DNA of 64,000 nucleotides from Selaginella moellendorffii (taxonomy: Eukaryota; Plantae; Lycopodiophyta). The notes under the pieces are model-generated. The model was not told the DNA's origin. It saw only the letters and a list, made by a program, of their open reading frames with translations, and did not search any database. The translations under genes were made by a program, and so were the position numbers. The stretch's first letter is position 1. Each line of letters starts with the position of its first letter. The stretch is taken from contig NW_003314381.1 in assembly GCF_000143415.4 (NCBI RefSeq), positions 364,137-428,136 on the forward strand, in the 5' to 3' direction. Positions 24,326 to 35,562 of the stretch are shown one piece after another.

Positions 24326-27300
24326 TGGAGCGACCTTGCGCGAATAAGTTAGTGACCCCTCCATCTTTCTTTCGGGAGTATCATCAAGGGGTTCACTCGG
24401 CACCGGTTCATCCAGTGTTTACTTTCCAAGCTCGTTTTTATAACAAGAGGTCTCCTATTCTTCTCTCCGTGTTGGTTGATACAGGTTCGAGTTTATCTTC
24501 TATTGCTCGACCTGTTGCCACACGTTGTCGTCTACACTTGCGTCGTGCGGCGGATCCAGTTTTCATTCTTTATGGCAACGGCCGTACACATGCATGTGCA
24601 CGAGATGAGGCGGACCTGGTTGTGCGTGTGGGCGATCTCGAGCTTGAGTTGCAGTCGTTGCGGGTGGTGCCGAGTCAAGCTTTTGACCTCATTCTTGGTA
24701 TGGATTGGTTGCAGCACAATCATGCCAAGTGTGACTTTGAGGTTTTTCCCCCTTGTCTCATACTTCCTTATGTTTCATCCATTCCTCTCACTTCTGTACC
24801 TCTTCGTCCCTCTACTTCTACCTCTGCTTCCATTACTTTTGTTCCCCCATTATTTCCTCTTGTGTTTCCATCTTGTTCTGCTCTTCCCTTTTCCGATCCC
24901 TCCGATGATCTTTGTGTTGCAGCTGTTGATCAGCTCATGAAGGAGTATTCTGATCTCTTTGAATTTGACCTATCGTCTGGGGCCAAGATTGCCACACGTC
25001 ATCCCATTCCAACCGGGGATGCTCGTCCAATCAAGGTTCCTGTTCGTCGTCGGTCACCCAAGGAGATCAAGATTTTACGTGCAAACGTCAAGGAGATGTT
25101 GGAGAAGGGTGTTATTCGGAAGTCGCGGAGTCCTTGGGCATGTGAACCTCATCTTGTGACGAAGCCTGATGGGAGTATTCGTTTCTGCATCGACTATCGT
25201 CCGTTAAATGAAGTGACGATCCCGGACGTGTACCCTCTTCCTCACACTGCTGATCTCTTGGATCGTCTGGGGCGAAGTCGTTGGTTCACCAAGCTAGATC
25301 TTGCTTCTGGGTATTGGCAAGTACTGATGGCTGAAGACGATATTCCTAAGACTGCTTTTCGTACACCATTTGGTTTGTACGAGTTTTTGGTGATGCCGTT
25401 TGGTTTGAACAATGCTCCAGCAAATTTTCAGCGAATGATGGACGAGGTTCTTTGCGATATGCCAGAGGTGACGGCTGACTTCATTGATGATGTCTTGATC
25501 CACTCGGAGGGGACGTGGGAGGAGCATGTTCGTGATGTTTGTAAAGTGTTGGATCGGCTACGCGACGTTGGTTTAAAGCTGAAGCGGTCGAAGTGCGTGT
25601 TTGGGTCCAAGGACACAACTTATCTTGGGTACCATATTTCTCGTGAGGGTTTGCAAGTTGATCCTGACAAACTTGTGGCTGTTCTAAAGTTCCCTACTCC
25701 GAAGTGTGTGAATGATGTGCAGCGCTTTTTGGGTAAGGTGCAGTATCTCGGTCGTTTTGTGGATCATCTTTCCGATCGCACTTTACCATTGCGAGCGTTG
25801 CTGAAGTCATCAACGTCATCTTTCATCTGGTCTCCCGATTGTGAGCGGGTGTTCGTGAATCTCAAAGAGCTATTGACAACTCCTCCGGTTTTGGCATATC
25901 CTGACTACACTCGACCTTTTATTTTGCGCGTGGATGCTTCTGACATTGGTCTTGGAGGTGTGTTGATGCAAGAGAGCTCGAGTGTGCCTGGTCAGCGCCA
26001 TCCCATTGCATACATAAGCCGTACATTACAACCAGCGGAGATGAACTACTCCACGACGGAGAAGGAGTGTTTAGCAGCAGTCTGGGGTTTCGAGAAACTT
26101 CATGCCTATCTACATGGTTCTCGGACGTTACTTGAAGGTGACCATGCTGCTGTTACTTCATTATTGAAGCGGAAGAACCTGGTTGGTCGTACGGCTCGAT
26201 GGGCTTTGAAGCTTCAGATATATGATTTCGATGTTGTTCATCGCCCAGGGAGTTCTATGGCTGATGCTGATGCCCTTTCTCGAGCTCCTCTTCCTTCTCC
26301 ACTCACTTCTCATGTTTCTGATGAACCTGTTGTTCCAGCATCTGTGGATTTTCTAGATGAGGATTCTGTACCGTCGGCGGTTGCTGTCCTTGACGTTCAG
26401 TGTCCACAGGGCGTAGAGCAAGATCTACCTTCTCTGGATGAGGTTCGCGAGGCTCAAAAGATTGAGCCGTGGATTCGAAGGCTTCGAGATGGGTTTGAGA
26501 ATCCTGCATCACTTGCTGATGACTTGCCTTTTTGGCATTTACATTCTCAATATCGCCTTGAAGATGGCCTTCTTTATTTTGTGGGGACGGATCCTGATGC
26601 TCATTTACGGCTGGTGGTGCCTTCGGTGTTTATTCCGCGGTTTCTCCATGCCTACCATGATTCTCCTATTCTAGGTGGGCATATGGGACACCGTCGTGTC
26701 ACCGAGAAGTTGCGCAGATCTTTCTATTGGCCAGAGATGCGACGTGATATTATCCGGTATGTGTGTAGCTGCGTTTGGTGCCAAGCTCGTAATACTCCCC
26801 CTTGTGCTGCGGAAGGACGGTTGGAGTCAATTGCAGTTTCTCGTCCGTTTGAGTTGGTGGCGTTTGATCTTATGGGACCTTTTCCGCGATCGACTGCTGG
26901 CAATGAGTATGTTATTATTGCTTCTGACTACTTGACTCGTTGGGTGGAAGTTGGTGCTCTTGCTAGTGCCTCTGCAACTGCTGTTGGATACTTCCTCCTC
27001 AATCGAGTGGTGTTCCAGCATTCTTGTCCAGAACGGATTCTTTCGGATAATGGTCCTGCATTTATGGCTGAGGTATTTCATGTTTTGACATCTCGGTTGG
27101 GGATACGCCACACTTTTACGAGTGCTTATCATCCACAATCAGACGGTCTGGTGGAACGGCTCGTTCGGACATTCAAAGGGATGATTGCGAAGTATGTGAA
27201 CTTTCAACATTCGGATTGGGATGGTTATTTGCCGTCTCTTCGGTATGCTTATGTCACAGGGGTGCAGAGTTCTGTTGGTGCTTCACCATATAAACTTCTA

Positions 27301-27789
27301 TATGGTCATGATCCAATATTACCAACAGAGCTAGGTTTACCTTCGCGATTGCCACGAGCTCCTGATGCTAGGTCATGGGATCAATATTTGACAAGCATTC
27401 TTCCACTTGTCCGAGCAGAGTCTGCTGAACACTTAGGCCGCGTACAAGTGGGACAACAACGGCGCTACAATTCCCATCATCGTCCACCAGCGGAGTACAA
27501 AGTGGATGATTTGGTGTTAGTCTGTTTTCCCCATCTTACGGTACGTGGTTTATCTAAGGGGCTCCTTGCGCAGTGGAAAGGACCATATCGGGTGTTGCGG
27601 CAAGTTGGACCACAAGTTTATGAGGTTCGGCATGACGTTCAGCAGGCTGATCCTCCAGAGATTGTGCATGTGCAGCGGTTAAAACGCTTCATACAGAGGG
27701 ATCAGGAGCAGTTAATACCGTCTACAGATCCACCAATGCCTCCTCCTGACGTTCCTCCAGATCCCGGCCCATCTACAAGAGAACCCTGA
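24325..27789 (+). CDS. pol: Pol polyprotein (protease, RT, RNase H, integrase), uninterrupted 1154 aa
   Basis: LVDTGSS; RFCIDYRPLN, KLDLASGYWQ, MPFGLNNAPANFQR, FIDDVLI; VDASDIG, YSTTEKECLA; HDSPILGGH..CVWC, SDNGPAF, YHPQSDGLVER, WKGPY. Confidence 0.95.
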   Translation: MERPCANKLVTPPSFFREYHQGVHSAPVHPVFTFQARFYNKRSPILLSVLVDTGSSLSSIARPVATRCRLHLRRAADPVFILYGNGRTHACARDEADLVVRVGDLELELQSLRVVPSQAFDLILGMDWLQHNHAKCDFEVFPPCLILPYVSSIPLTSVPLRPSTSTSASITFVPPLFPLVFPSCSALPFSDPSDDLCVAAVDQLMKEYSDLFEFDLSSGAKIATRHPIPTGDARPIKVPVRRRSPKEIKILRANVKEMLEKGVIRKSRSPWACEPHLVTKPDGSIRFCIDYRPLNEVTIPDVYPLPHTADLLDRLGRSRWFTKLDLASGYWQVLMAEDDIPKTAFRTPFGLYEFLVMPFGLNNAPANFQRMMDEVLCDMPEVTADFIDDVLIHSEGTWEEHVRDVCKVLDRLRDVGLKLKRSKCVFGSKDTTYLGYHISREGLQVDPDKLVAVLKFPTPKCVNDVQRFLGKVQYLGRFVDHLSDRTLPLRALLKSSTSSFIWSPDCERVFVNLKELLTTPPVLAYPDYTRPFILRVDASDIGLGGVLMQESSSVPGQRHPIAYISRTLQPAEMNYSTTEKECLAAVWGFEKLHAYLHGSRTLLEGDHAAVTSLLKRKNLVGRTARWALKLQIYDFDVVHRPGSSMADADALSRAPLPSPLTSHVSDEPVVPASVDFLDEDSVPSAVAVLDVQCPQGVEQDLPSLDEVREAQKIEPWIRRLRDGFENPASLADDLPFWHLHSQYRLEDGLLYFVGTDPDAHLRLVVPSVFIPRFLHAYHDSPILGGHMGHRRVTEKLRRSFYWPEMRRDIIRYVCSCVWCQARNTPPCAAEGRLESIAVSRPFELVAFDLMGPFPRSTAGNEYVIIASDYLTRWVEVGALASASATAVGYFLLNRVVFQHSCPERILSDNGPAFMAEVFHVLTSRLGIRHTFTSAYHPQSDGLVERLVRTFKGMIAKYVNFQHSDWDGYLPSLRYAYVTGVQSSVGASPYKLLYGHDPILPTELGLPSRLPRAPDARSWDQYLTSILPLVRAESAEHLGRVQVGQQRRYNSHHRPPAEYKVDDLVLVCFPHLTVRGLSKGLLAQWKGPYRVLRQVGPQVYEVRHDVQQADPPEIVHVQRLKRFIQRDQEQLIPSTDPPMPPPDVPPDPGPSTREP

Positions 27790-27821
27790 CGGCCTTCCAT
27801 TATTCCGAAAGGAGGGGATGA

Positions 27822-27995
27822 TGTGAGGGCCAAGTGTACGGCTACGATGCCGTATACTAATATTAGCGTAGTGGATTTTGGTAGCCGTCGAATTGGTTTC
27901 AATCCGGACCACTCGCTCCTGTATATAAGCTAGGGTTTTTGGGTTAATTGATATGCACATTTCTGTATTCCCTTTCCATATTCCATGCACTCACA
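27822..27995 (+). repeat. 3' LTR of the Gypsy element
   Basis: 171/174 identical to the 5' LTR by manual comparison. Confidence 0.95.
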
Positions 27996-28254
27996 ATATA
28001 ATTATTTTTATAAAGTCTAGAAAAATATATAAATAATTAAATTCTTTATAATAATTGTTTTATTAATGATAGCATAAGGTATTTTCTATATTTTCTTTTT
28101 CAAAGTTAAATTTTTATCTAAAAATCTATTATGTAGTTTTTATTTTCAAAATGCCTTAAAAAAAATTTTATTTTTATTATATACTAAAAAACATATTTTA
28201 AACTAATATCAAATACCTAAGTTGGATTTTAGGGCTCTTGGGGAAGGGGCAGAA

Positions 28255-29145
28255 ATGCGGCCCAAGAGGTATGGCGACATGGTCCGGCGGCTGGGCAAGG
28301 CGGGCAGCGAGGTGAAGGTGCGCTCCTTCATGGAGCCGTCGCGCGTGGAGCCCGGCATCGGGGTAAACATCTGGCAGGTGCTCAAGGCGCGCATGTACAA
28401 GCTCGCCCACGCCGACGTCCACGGCGATCCCACATTCCAGATGCCCCTCAGCGACGCCAAGTCCCACCTCATGGCGCAGAACTACCTCCTCCACCACTAC
28501 GCCGTCCGCAACAACCTCGACCTCTCCGTGGTCAAGGACGTGCTCCTCCCGCCGCCGGAGCTCCTCAACGCGCAGCCCCCGCCGCCCGTCAAGGACGACC
28601 TCTACAAGGGCCTGCCCGTCTTTGACGGCCCCGTGCCCGTCGTGTGCCCGCGCCCCGACCACGGCAAGGAGCTCAAGGTGACCGTCTACGACCAGCTCGA
28701 CGTCAAGCAGATGGTCGGGGTGGCCATGCCCATGGCGTACATTCCCATCGGGGTGTTGATCCATGGGATTGAGATGCGTCCTGGGCAGGGCGCCAAGCTC
28801 GTCCGGGCCAAGGGGACGTTCGCCAAGATCACCAAGAAGCGGACGGACAAGCCGCGGGTGGCGGTGAGGATGCCGTCCGGGAAGGAGAAGATCTTCGACT
28901 CGCGGTGCCGGGCGGTGATCGGGCCGCTCACCAATCCGAATATCGTCAAGCCCAAGATGTACAAGGCGGGGCAGAACCGGTGGAAGGGTGTCCGGCCGCA
29001 TGTCCGAGGGATTGCCAAGAACCCCGTGGATCATCCCCATGGCGGGCGGACCAACGGGGGACGGCCCTCGGTGACGCCGTGGGGGAAGCCTTGCAAGTGT
29101 GGGTATAAGACGGTGAGAAAGAGGAAGCCCGGGCTCAAATATTGA
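28255..29145 (+). CDS. RPL2: Nuclear-encoded organellar (probably mitochondrial) ribosomal protein L2, C-terminal domain with unrelated N-terminal extension; intronless
   Basis: IPIGVLIHGIEMRPGQGAKLVRAKGT, RMPSGKEK, KAGQNRWKGVRPHVRGIAKNPVDHPHGG, PSVTPWG: bacterial-type uL2 C-domain. Confidence 0.88.
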   Translation: MRPKRYGDMVRRLGKAGSEVKVRSFMEPSRVEPGIGVNIWQVLKARMYKLAHADVHGDPTFQMPLSDAKSHLMAQNYLLHHYAVRNNLDLSVVKDVLLPPPELLNAQPPPPVKDDLYKGLPVFDGPVPVVCPRPDHGKELKVTVYDQLDVKQMVGVAMPMAYIPIGVLIHGIEMRPGQGAKLVRAKGTFAKITKKRTDKPRVAVRMPSGKEKIFDSRCRAVIGPLTNPNIVKPKMYKAGQNRWKGVRPHVRGIAKNPVDHPHGGRTNGGRPSVTPWGKPCKCGYKTVRKRKPGLKY

Positions 29146-32100
29146 GCATGGTTGTTACTTTGATCGATCGAACTTTGCTGGAGAGGTACCGCTTTTAGGA
29201 TCAATGACCAAATCAAGTTCGTTGGCGACTTTAATGACCAAGTTCTTCCAAGTTCGTGCGGCGACTTGTAACCAAGTTCTCGAAGTTCCAGAATAACAAG
29301 TCCAGGCTCGAAGTTCATGTGTTTGGGGAAAGGAACTGAGGACGTTTTCCAATGGAGTTTCGCAAAATACTGACGAGCTTTTCGAGAGAAGGAGTGGATG
29401 CAAGTTTTCCAAAGGGGACAGGATCAAAGGTGAGCTCCCTTGAGCAAGATTAAATGTGGACCCAAGGTTAGCAAATTTTATAATTTTATAAAAGTTCCAT
29501 TAAGTTTTATCTTGTTTGTTATAAGTTATTTAGTAACATAACTAAACTATTTCCACTATACGAAACTATTTATGATTTATGTAAATATAATATTATGATT
29601 TAACTCAACATACCTTTAAATAAATTACTTTTATTATACTTACTATTTGTGTCTACTTTGCTCATATGACAATAACTTAAGATATTAAATAAATTAGTAA
29701 TTTTATAATTTTAAGATATATCATAAAATAGTAACAAACTATTGACTTAATTGTAATAATGTGTAATGATAATTGAATCATTTTTCTAAGCTCAAAAGAA
29801 ATAAATTAATTTAGAGTACTTTTGAATTATAAAGTTAAAATGGTTTTTTGAAATCTTTTATTTATTTTTTAGTCTTTTGTAACTAACTCTTTACCCATCT
29901 CCTCATCATTAATGTGTAAATATTTCAGATTGTTGTCCTTGTCAAAATCAATTTTATTATTAAAATGGAAGCATTTAAAGTTATCACTGACTTTTCTTTT
30001 AATTGAACTCCTTAAACAATAGAATAACTTTATTTTTTTAAGACATTTTTATCTCAAAAGTTTATTGTTTACTAATCCCAAGAACTTTATTTGTAGAATT
30101 TGAAACACTATAAAGTTCTTTCAATATTTATTCAAATCTAAATCAAAATAAGTTAGTCTTCAAACTTAAAGAAAAAGATACTTTACTTTTTTATCATTTT
30201 AAATGAATAATCTTTTTCTATATAGAATAAAATAAAGTATTTTATTTTTCCTGGAATATTTATTACCATTATAAATTATCCAACAAAATAAACTACAAGA
30301 TAATAGTAAAAAGCATAATAATGTTTATGTATACAACATATACTCTCAATACTCTCGTCAATGTGGGTAGTATTGTTCTTTCTTTTATATATGTTATAAT
30401 TCATTTTGCTCCTAAATATTAATATTCCTCTCAATTAAACTACCCCTTAATCTAAAGTAATTGGTAGAAAACGAAAGAACATAAAATTAAGGATTAAAAA
30501 AAGGATATATGTGAATTATGAATAGAAGTTTAAATATTCCTCTCCTTTCTACGATTTACAATTTGTTATCAGAGAAGAAAATTCTTTTCTATCCATTCTT
30601 TGTCTTGATTTTTATTTGTTGTCTATCTCCTAATAAAGCCCTAAAGATCCAAGGTGTCAATATGTTTCTTCCAGAATTCTCAATGGATTGGTAATGGGAG
30701 TGAAAGAAGATGAGGAGCTTAAAGGCATTATGGTTGCAAAGAAAGCACCTTCAAGAAAAGTTTTTTAAAGTATGATAAGAAAATCATTACAATAGTGGTA
30801 GATTAAATATAAATTTAGGATCCATTTTCTTCTGGAATTGGAAAAGACATTTATATAGCTAAAAATATTATGCAAAGATCCTTCATCTAGATCACCTATA
30901 TTCTCACTATGCCCTAAAATCAAGCCATCAATCCTTTATTTATACATTATTCATTCATATATAAAAGTAGAAGTTTAGAAGAATTTTACTTTAAAAGTAG
31001 CAGCTAAGGATCATGGTTATAACTTGAGTTTATTTTCTTGCTTTTGATTATTTTATTTATCCTTTTTTCTTTTATTTCATTTTTCTCTAGTCTATTCATT
31101 TTGTCATGACAACAGAGCAAGATAAAGGGATGCCATTGTTACTACTCATGACACTACTTTTCATTGGTTTATGCACAAAGAAAATGGGGTGTGATTTAAA
31201 GCTTGATTTCACTCCCATAACAAGTTTTTGGAAGAAGTAACTATCTAAAGCATAGGTAACATCTAGGCAAAAACTTGTTTTGAGCTGCACTTAGTTAAAA
31301 TGGGGTTTTCAAAATTCAATACGATATTTTAACATATGAAAGTAGATTAACTCTATGATTTTCATGCCAGAAGTGCTGCTAAAGTTTGGCAATCTCTCAC
31401 ATAAAGACAAACTAGCTAGCTCAATTTAACAAAGTCACAAAGTTTGTGAATTGTCACATGCTTCCTAATAAGGGTGTTCAAAAGTCTATCAATCATGTCT
31501 TGAATCATGGAAGTCATTTGATCCAAATTGGAGCAAGGGATATGCTTATATCCACTCTTCAGAAAGTGGCAAATCTTTTGCTTATAGGCTTGTTTGTGTT
31601 TTGGAAAGGAGCTCACAAATTGGTGCTAAAGTATGTGACTTTTGTGATATTAGCTGATTGTCAACCTCACTCCTAAATATCAATACACACAATAGAACCT
31701 ATTATCTTAGGAGAATTGTCCAAATACAGATCAAGTCAAGAAAAATTATTCAAACTACTAACAAAGGGGAAATACTTTTGCAGAAGCTAGTGCTGATGCT
31801 AGTAGTCCAAATTTAGATGTCAAAGGTAATGTATACAAAAGTGCTGACAATAATGCTTGTGGTTTTAAACCACAATAGAACAAACATAATGGTTCAAGGC
31901 TCTCAATAGAACCAATTCATCTGTTTACCTTTATAATTAGCTTCCAACTTGTGTTGTTAATGGAGTCGTGCTAGAGGATTGCTGGTTCACATGTCTGAGT
32001 TTTTGGTTGCCTCAGTTATACTCATATATCAATTGAAGTTCATCAACATAAGCTTCAAAATAAAGCACAATAAGTATTGCATATTATTAATATAAAAGTA

Positions 32101-33043
32101 TTATCTCTCAAAAAATTAAAATTTTGATAAGTTAAAATTTATATAACATTTATATGGGTTGCTATGCAAAATGAATAAATATGCACATCATAACATCAAA
32201 TTTATCTAAGTCAAAATAGATTCCAAACAACACAAATCACTAAGACTACCAAGGATTTTTTATCATATTTCTCATCCAACTCATATTCATGAGTTTATGG
32301 ATATTTATAAGCAACTTAAACAAGATATACATCCTTCATTCAACATATCTATCCAAATTAAATTAAAGAATTTGATTATGATCAATCATTTCTACATAGT
32401 ACTTTAGATTCTGTCTCAGATTCAGATACTACCAAAGAACACTACTATTGAAGTCCTAAAACCACCAAAGAATCTTAGGTGACAGCCTTCTCAAAAGTTT
32501 GACATCTATTACTTATATTATGTGGTTGTAAACTTTGCAATGGTATCACACTTATTTGGGAGTGTGTTCTATAGATTAGAATTTTCTTAGATCTTTGGTG
32601 ATATAAATGTATAAAGCTGGTTTTGTGATGAAAGAATACCCTCAAAAATAAGGCATTGATTATACAGAGTACAGAGATATACTACAATACACCGAGACAT
32701 GGGAGAGCAAGATGTTTTAGAGCTGTTCAAGCTTTTGTTCAAAGAAATGCTGAACAAAATGCTAGCAAGTATTAATAAAAGTTTTCAAAAGTTTAAATTT
32801 AAGCCAAAAAGGTTTTAAGCTATGTTGGCCAAGAGTTTTATAGGCAAAAAACTCAAAAGAAGCCATCCAACACCCAGATTTCTAGCACCTCATCGTGCTC
32901 AACATTCCTTGTGCCCATTCCCAGTGTGTTGCTATCTGCTATCAACATTATATAAAAGACACATACTTGAAGCAACATGTAAAACACCAAAAACTGCAAA
33001 GTTTACTTACCAGTAGAGACACATAATCATGATCCTTAGTGTG

Positions 33044-33161
33044 CCTAAGTGGCTTCTTACACCATTTTGTTTTGTATAAAAGAATTCATGGCTGGGACGG
33101 TCTCTTAGCTGACCCAGAGGTGTTTGCACAAAATCAGAAGCTCAAAGTCATCCACTACTAG
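33044..33161 (+). pseudogene. Light-harvesting chlorophyll a/b-binding (LHCB-type) gene fragment
   Basis: 33087-33161 reads HGWDGLLADPEVFAQNQKLKVIHY*, versus LHCB [25 protein letters not shown]; upstream PKWLLTPF resembles PKYLGPF in another frame. Confidence 0.7.
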
Positions 33162-34780
33162 TAAAATGAATGCTTTCAATTATGCTCACCTTGCCATGGA
33201 AATATGGCTACCACCATGAGAGCCAACTTCTCGCATGTTAAAACCAGGTACAAAACCTAAAAATTGAATTGATTTTGCATCCTTTGCAAGAACCAAGAAA
33301 TCTTACCTATTCCTAGCTGAGCAGAAAGTTCTTATATAGTGTCTGAGAGATGCAAGCATGCTCTCCAGTTCTATAACCCCCAGGTGAAGCAGATGCCTTT
33401 AGGCTGCGCCCAAGAATACGCTAGTAGTGAATGGTGAATGGTGATGGATTTTTCAGTCGTTTTTGGATTGATTATATGCTGTGGTTCACAGGTAAATTTA
33501 GTGCTAAGTGTGATACATTAATTTGCATCTCTTCCTAGAGCTGGATGAAATTCTGGAAACATGATAAATTACCCCAATTTGTGGTTAGAACAAATTCCAT
33601 GACCACTACCCAGCCATGTCCAAACACCAGTATTCACAAGAAGCGTCAACCATCCAGCAATGAAAGTCACCACGGTTGTAAACTCTAAACCTAAGGGCTT
33701 AGAGAAAAATCTGAAATTCAATCCCCTTGGGATTGCTTGCTAATGTAAATATACATCATATCAAGTTGTATGAAAGAGCCCTTTTGCACTAAAAACCAAC
33801 AAGCATTTTGTTCATCACTGGATTTGTAATACCTAATTTAGCAGATGTTGCAAAATTCCATAGTACTTTTTTTCTAGTCTTCAAATTCCCTAACCCAACT
33901 GGTGTGTGCCTCTTGGCACAGAATCTATATGCCAGGGAGTCATAAGGAGAATTTGGATCCTGGCAGCCCATGGGCACAGATTGGACACAATTATTGATTG
34001 CGCACTGAGAATCAAGGGAGGATTAGGTTCCATTGTGAATTGCCTTTTGTTGCATTTCTCTCCTTTTTCACACCAGTTAGCCAAGTTATGCCAACCTCTG
34101 ATTGGCCAGTGCTAACATCCATAAAAAATTTACAAAACGCTGTGGGAGTCTATAAACCAAAACAAAATTGTTTTAGAAAACCATAAATAAGAATATCTTT
34201 AGAATATTCTCAACCTGTGCAAGCCAACAATATTGTATCCAGCTCGAATTGGCAGCTTTTTGGTTGAGTGAATATATCTTGTGACCCTTGTCAGCTATTT
34301 GTTGTGATTGGACCAGCTCTTTTTCTGGACAGTGCTAGAGAATCCTGGAGCTTGATCTACAGTGTAACTTTTTACGTGCTTTGCTGAGATGAATGGGATG
34401 ACAGGCACACGACAGCGGTAAAAAAAAACAAACACCAAACTTGGATGCGATCTGATTGATCTCTTCTGACCTGATTGATCAGATCTCCTCCTTCTGGAAG
34501 CGCAGCCTTCCACACAAATCACTTGTTTTAAGAAAGAATAGAAATTTTCACGAACCTCGAGGAGAATATTAATGTAACCGACCGACCCATTCAACGAAAC
34601 TATGTACAGATTGGAGAGATCGTTTGGCTTTCGGTAAACGGTAAAGCAGAGGCTTCGATCGATCCAGCTTTGCCGTGAAGAGATTCACCAAATTCCAGCG
34701 ATCGATCGATCGATCACACCAGCGTGAACGAGACCCTTCCCTGGAATCCCATCCCCACTTATTTCCCCGCGAGCTACCAG

Positions 34781-35473
34781 TCACGGGCTGGCGAAGCTCG
34801 AGTGCCCAGATCCAAATTCTCTCCAGAAATGCTGGCCAAAGCCTTGAATGGAAGGCGGTGGAGGCAGCGGCGAAGAACTAGGCGATAGATGTGGCGGCGA
34901 TGATGGCATGCTTGCGGCGGCTGGAATTCTCGAAGTGGAGCTCTCCGACTCCCCTCTCAACACAAGCTTGCGCTGAGGAGAGCATCGATTCTTGGCCTTC
35001 TTCTTCTTTCCCTTCCAGGACCTAGAGATCTTGGCGGCGATGGTGGAGGGGACCTTGACGACGAGCAGCGCAACGACGTGAAAGAGCGTGAGAGGGCAGC
35101 AGCACAGCGCTGTGCAATCCGCGGCGCATCCAGCGACGCATCGGCCCACATTACTGTGCTCGGCATCATCCCCATCGATTTCCCCCAAAATATCCTTCTT
35201 GCTCTTCCTGTTCGTCGCGTTCTTCCCCCTCCTCCTCTCGCCGCAATCCCTCTCACCTTCGAACGACCAGGAGGAGCTGACGACGGAGCCGCGGCGGCGC
35301 AGATCGGCCGTGTCGAGATCATCCGCCGAGGACGATCCGTGCGACGATCTGGCGCTGAGGCTGATGCTGCTACCCTCCGATTCTGTGGATTCCTGGATCA
35401 GCTTCTCCAGCGACGACGACGATGCCGAATCCGAGAAGAGAGTCCTCCGCCTGTGCTCCGCCGCCGCGGCCAT
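34781..35473 (-). CDS. Uncharacterised plant protein with Cys-rich hydrophobic motif (intronless)
   Basis: 230-aa GC-rich ORF: GCAADCTALCCCPLTLFHVVALLVVKVP then basic KKKKAK, C-terminal FWREF; recurrent plant family pattern, function unknown. Confidence 0.7.
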   Translation of the reverse strand: MAAAAEHRRRTLFSDSASSSSLEKLIQESTESEGSSISLSARSSHGSSSADDLDTADLRRRGSVVSSSWSFEGERDCGERRRGKNATNRKSKKDILGEIDGDDAEHSNVGRCVAGCAADCTALCCCPLTLFHVVALLVVKVPSTIAAKISRSWKGKKKKAKNRCSPQRKLVLRGESESSTSRIPAAASMPSSPPHLSPSSSPLPPPPSIQGFGQHFWREFGSGHSSFASP

Positions 35474-35562
35474 GACGGGAGCTTCGATCTCGCCACGCTA
35501 AAAACAAAGAAGAGAATATACCGAAAATACGAGTGTCATCTAGGAAATTAATAGACGCCCTC

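Larger units (their letters stand above)
22986..27995 (+). mobile_element. Full-length Ty3/Gypsy LTR retrotransposon (5010 bp), no chromodomain
   Basis: 174-bp LTRs TGTGA...TCACA at 22986-23159 and 27822-27995 (3 transitions between them), PBS 23161-23176, PPT 27807-27821, flanking ATAT duplication, gag then PR-RT-RH-INT. Confidence 0.97.

Noticed and set aside
29190-29320. Short CAAGTTC-containing repeats after RPL2
   Set aside because: Irregular low-complexity 3' UTR duplications with no defined unit.
31100-31700. Possible transposase remnant
   Set aside because: No recognisable motif in the frames I could read.
32690-32770. Possible PPR-gene fragment (DVLELFK...EM)
   Set aside because: Too short and frameshifted to support.
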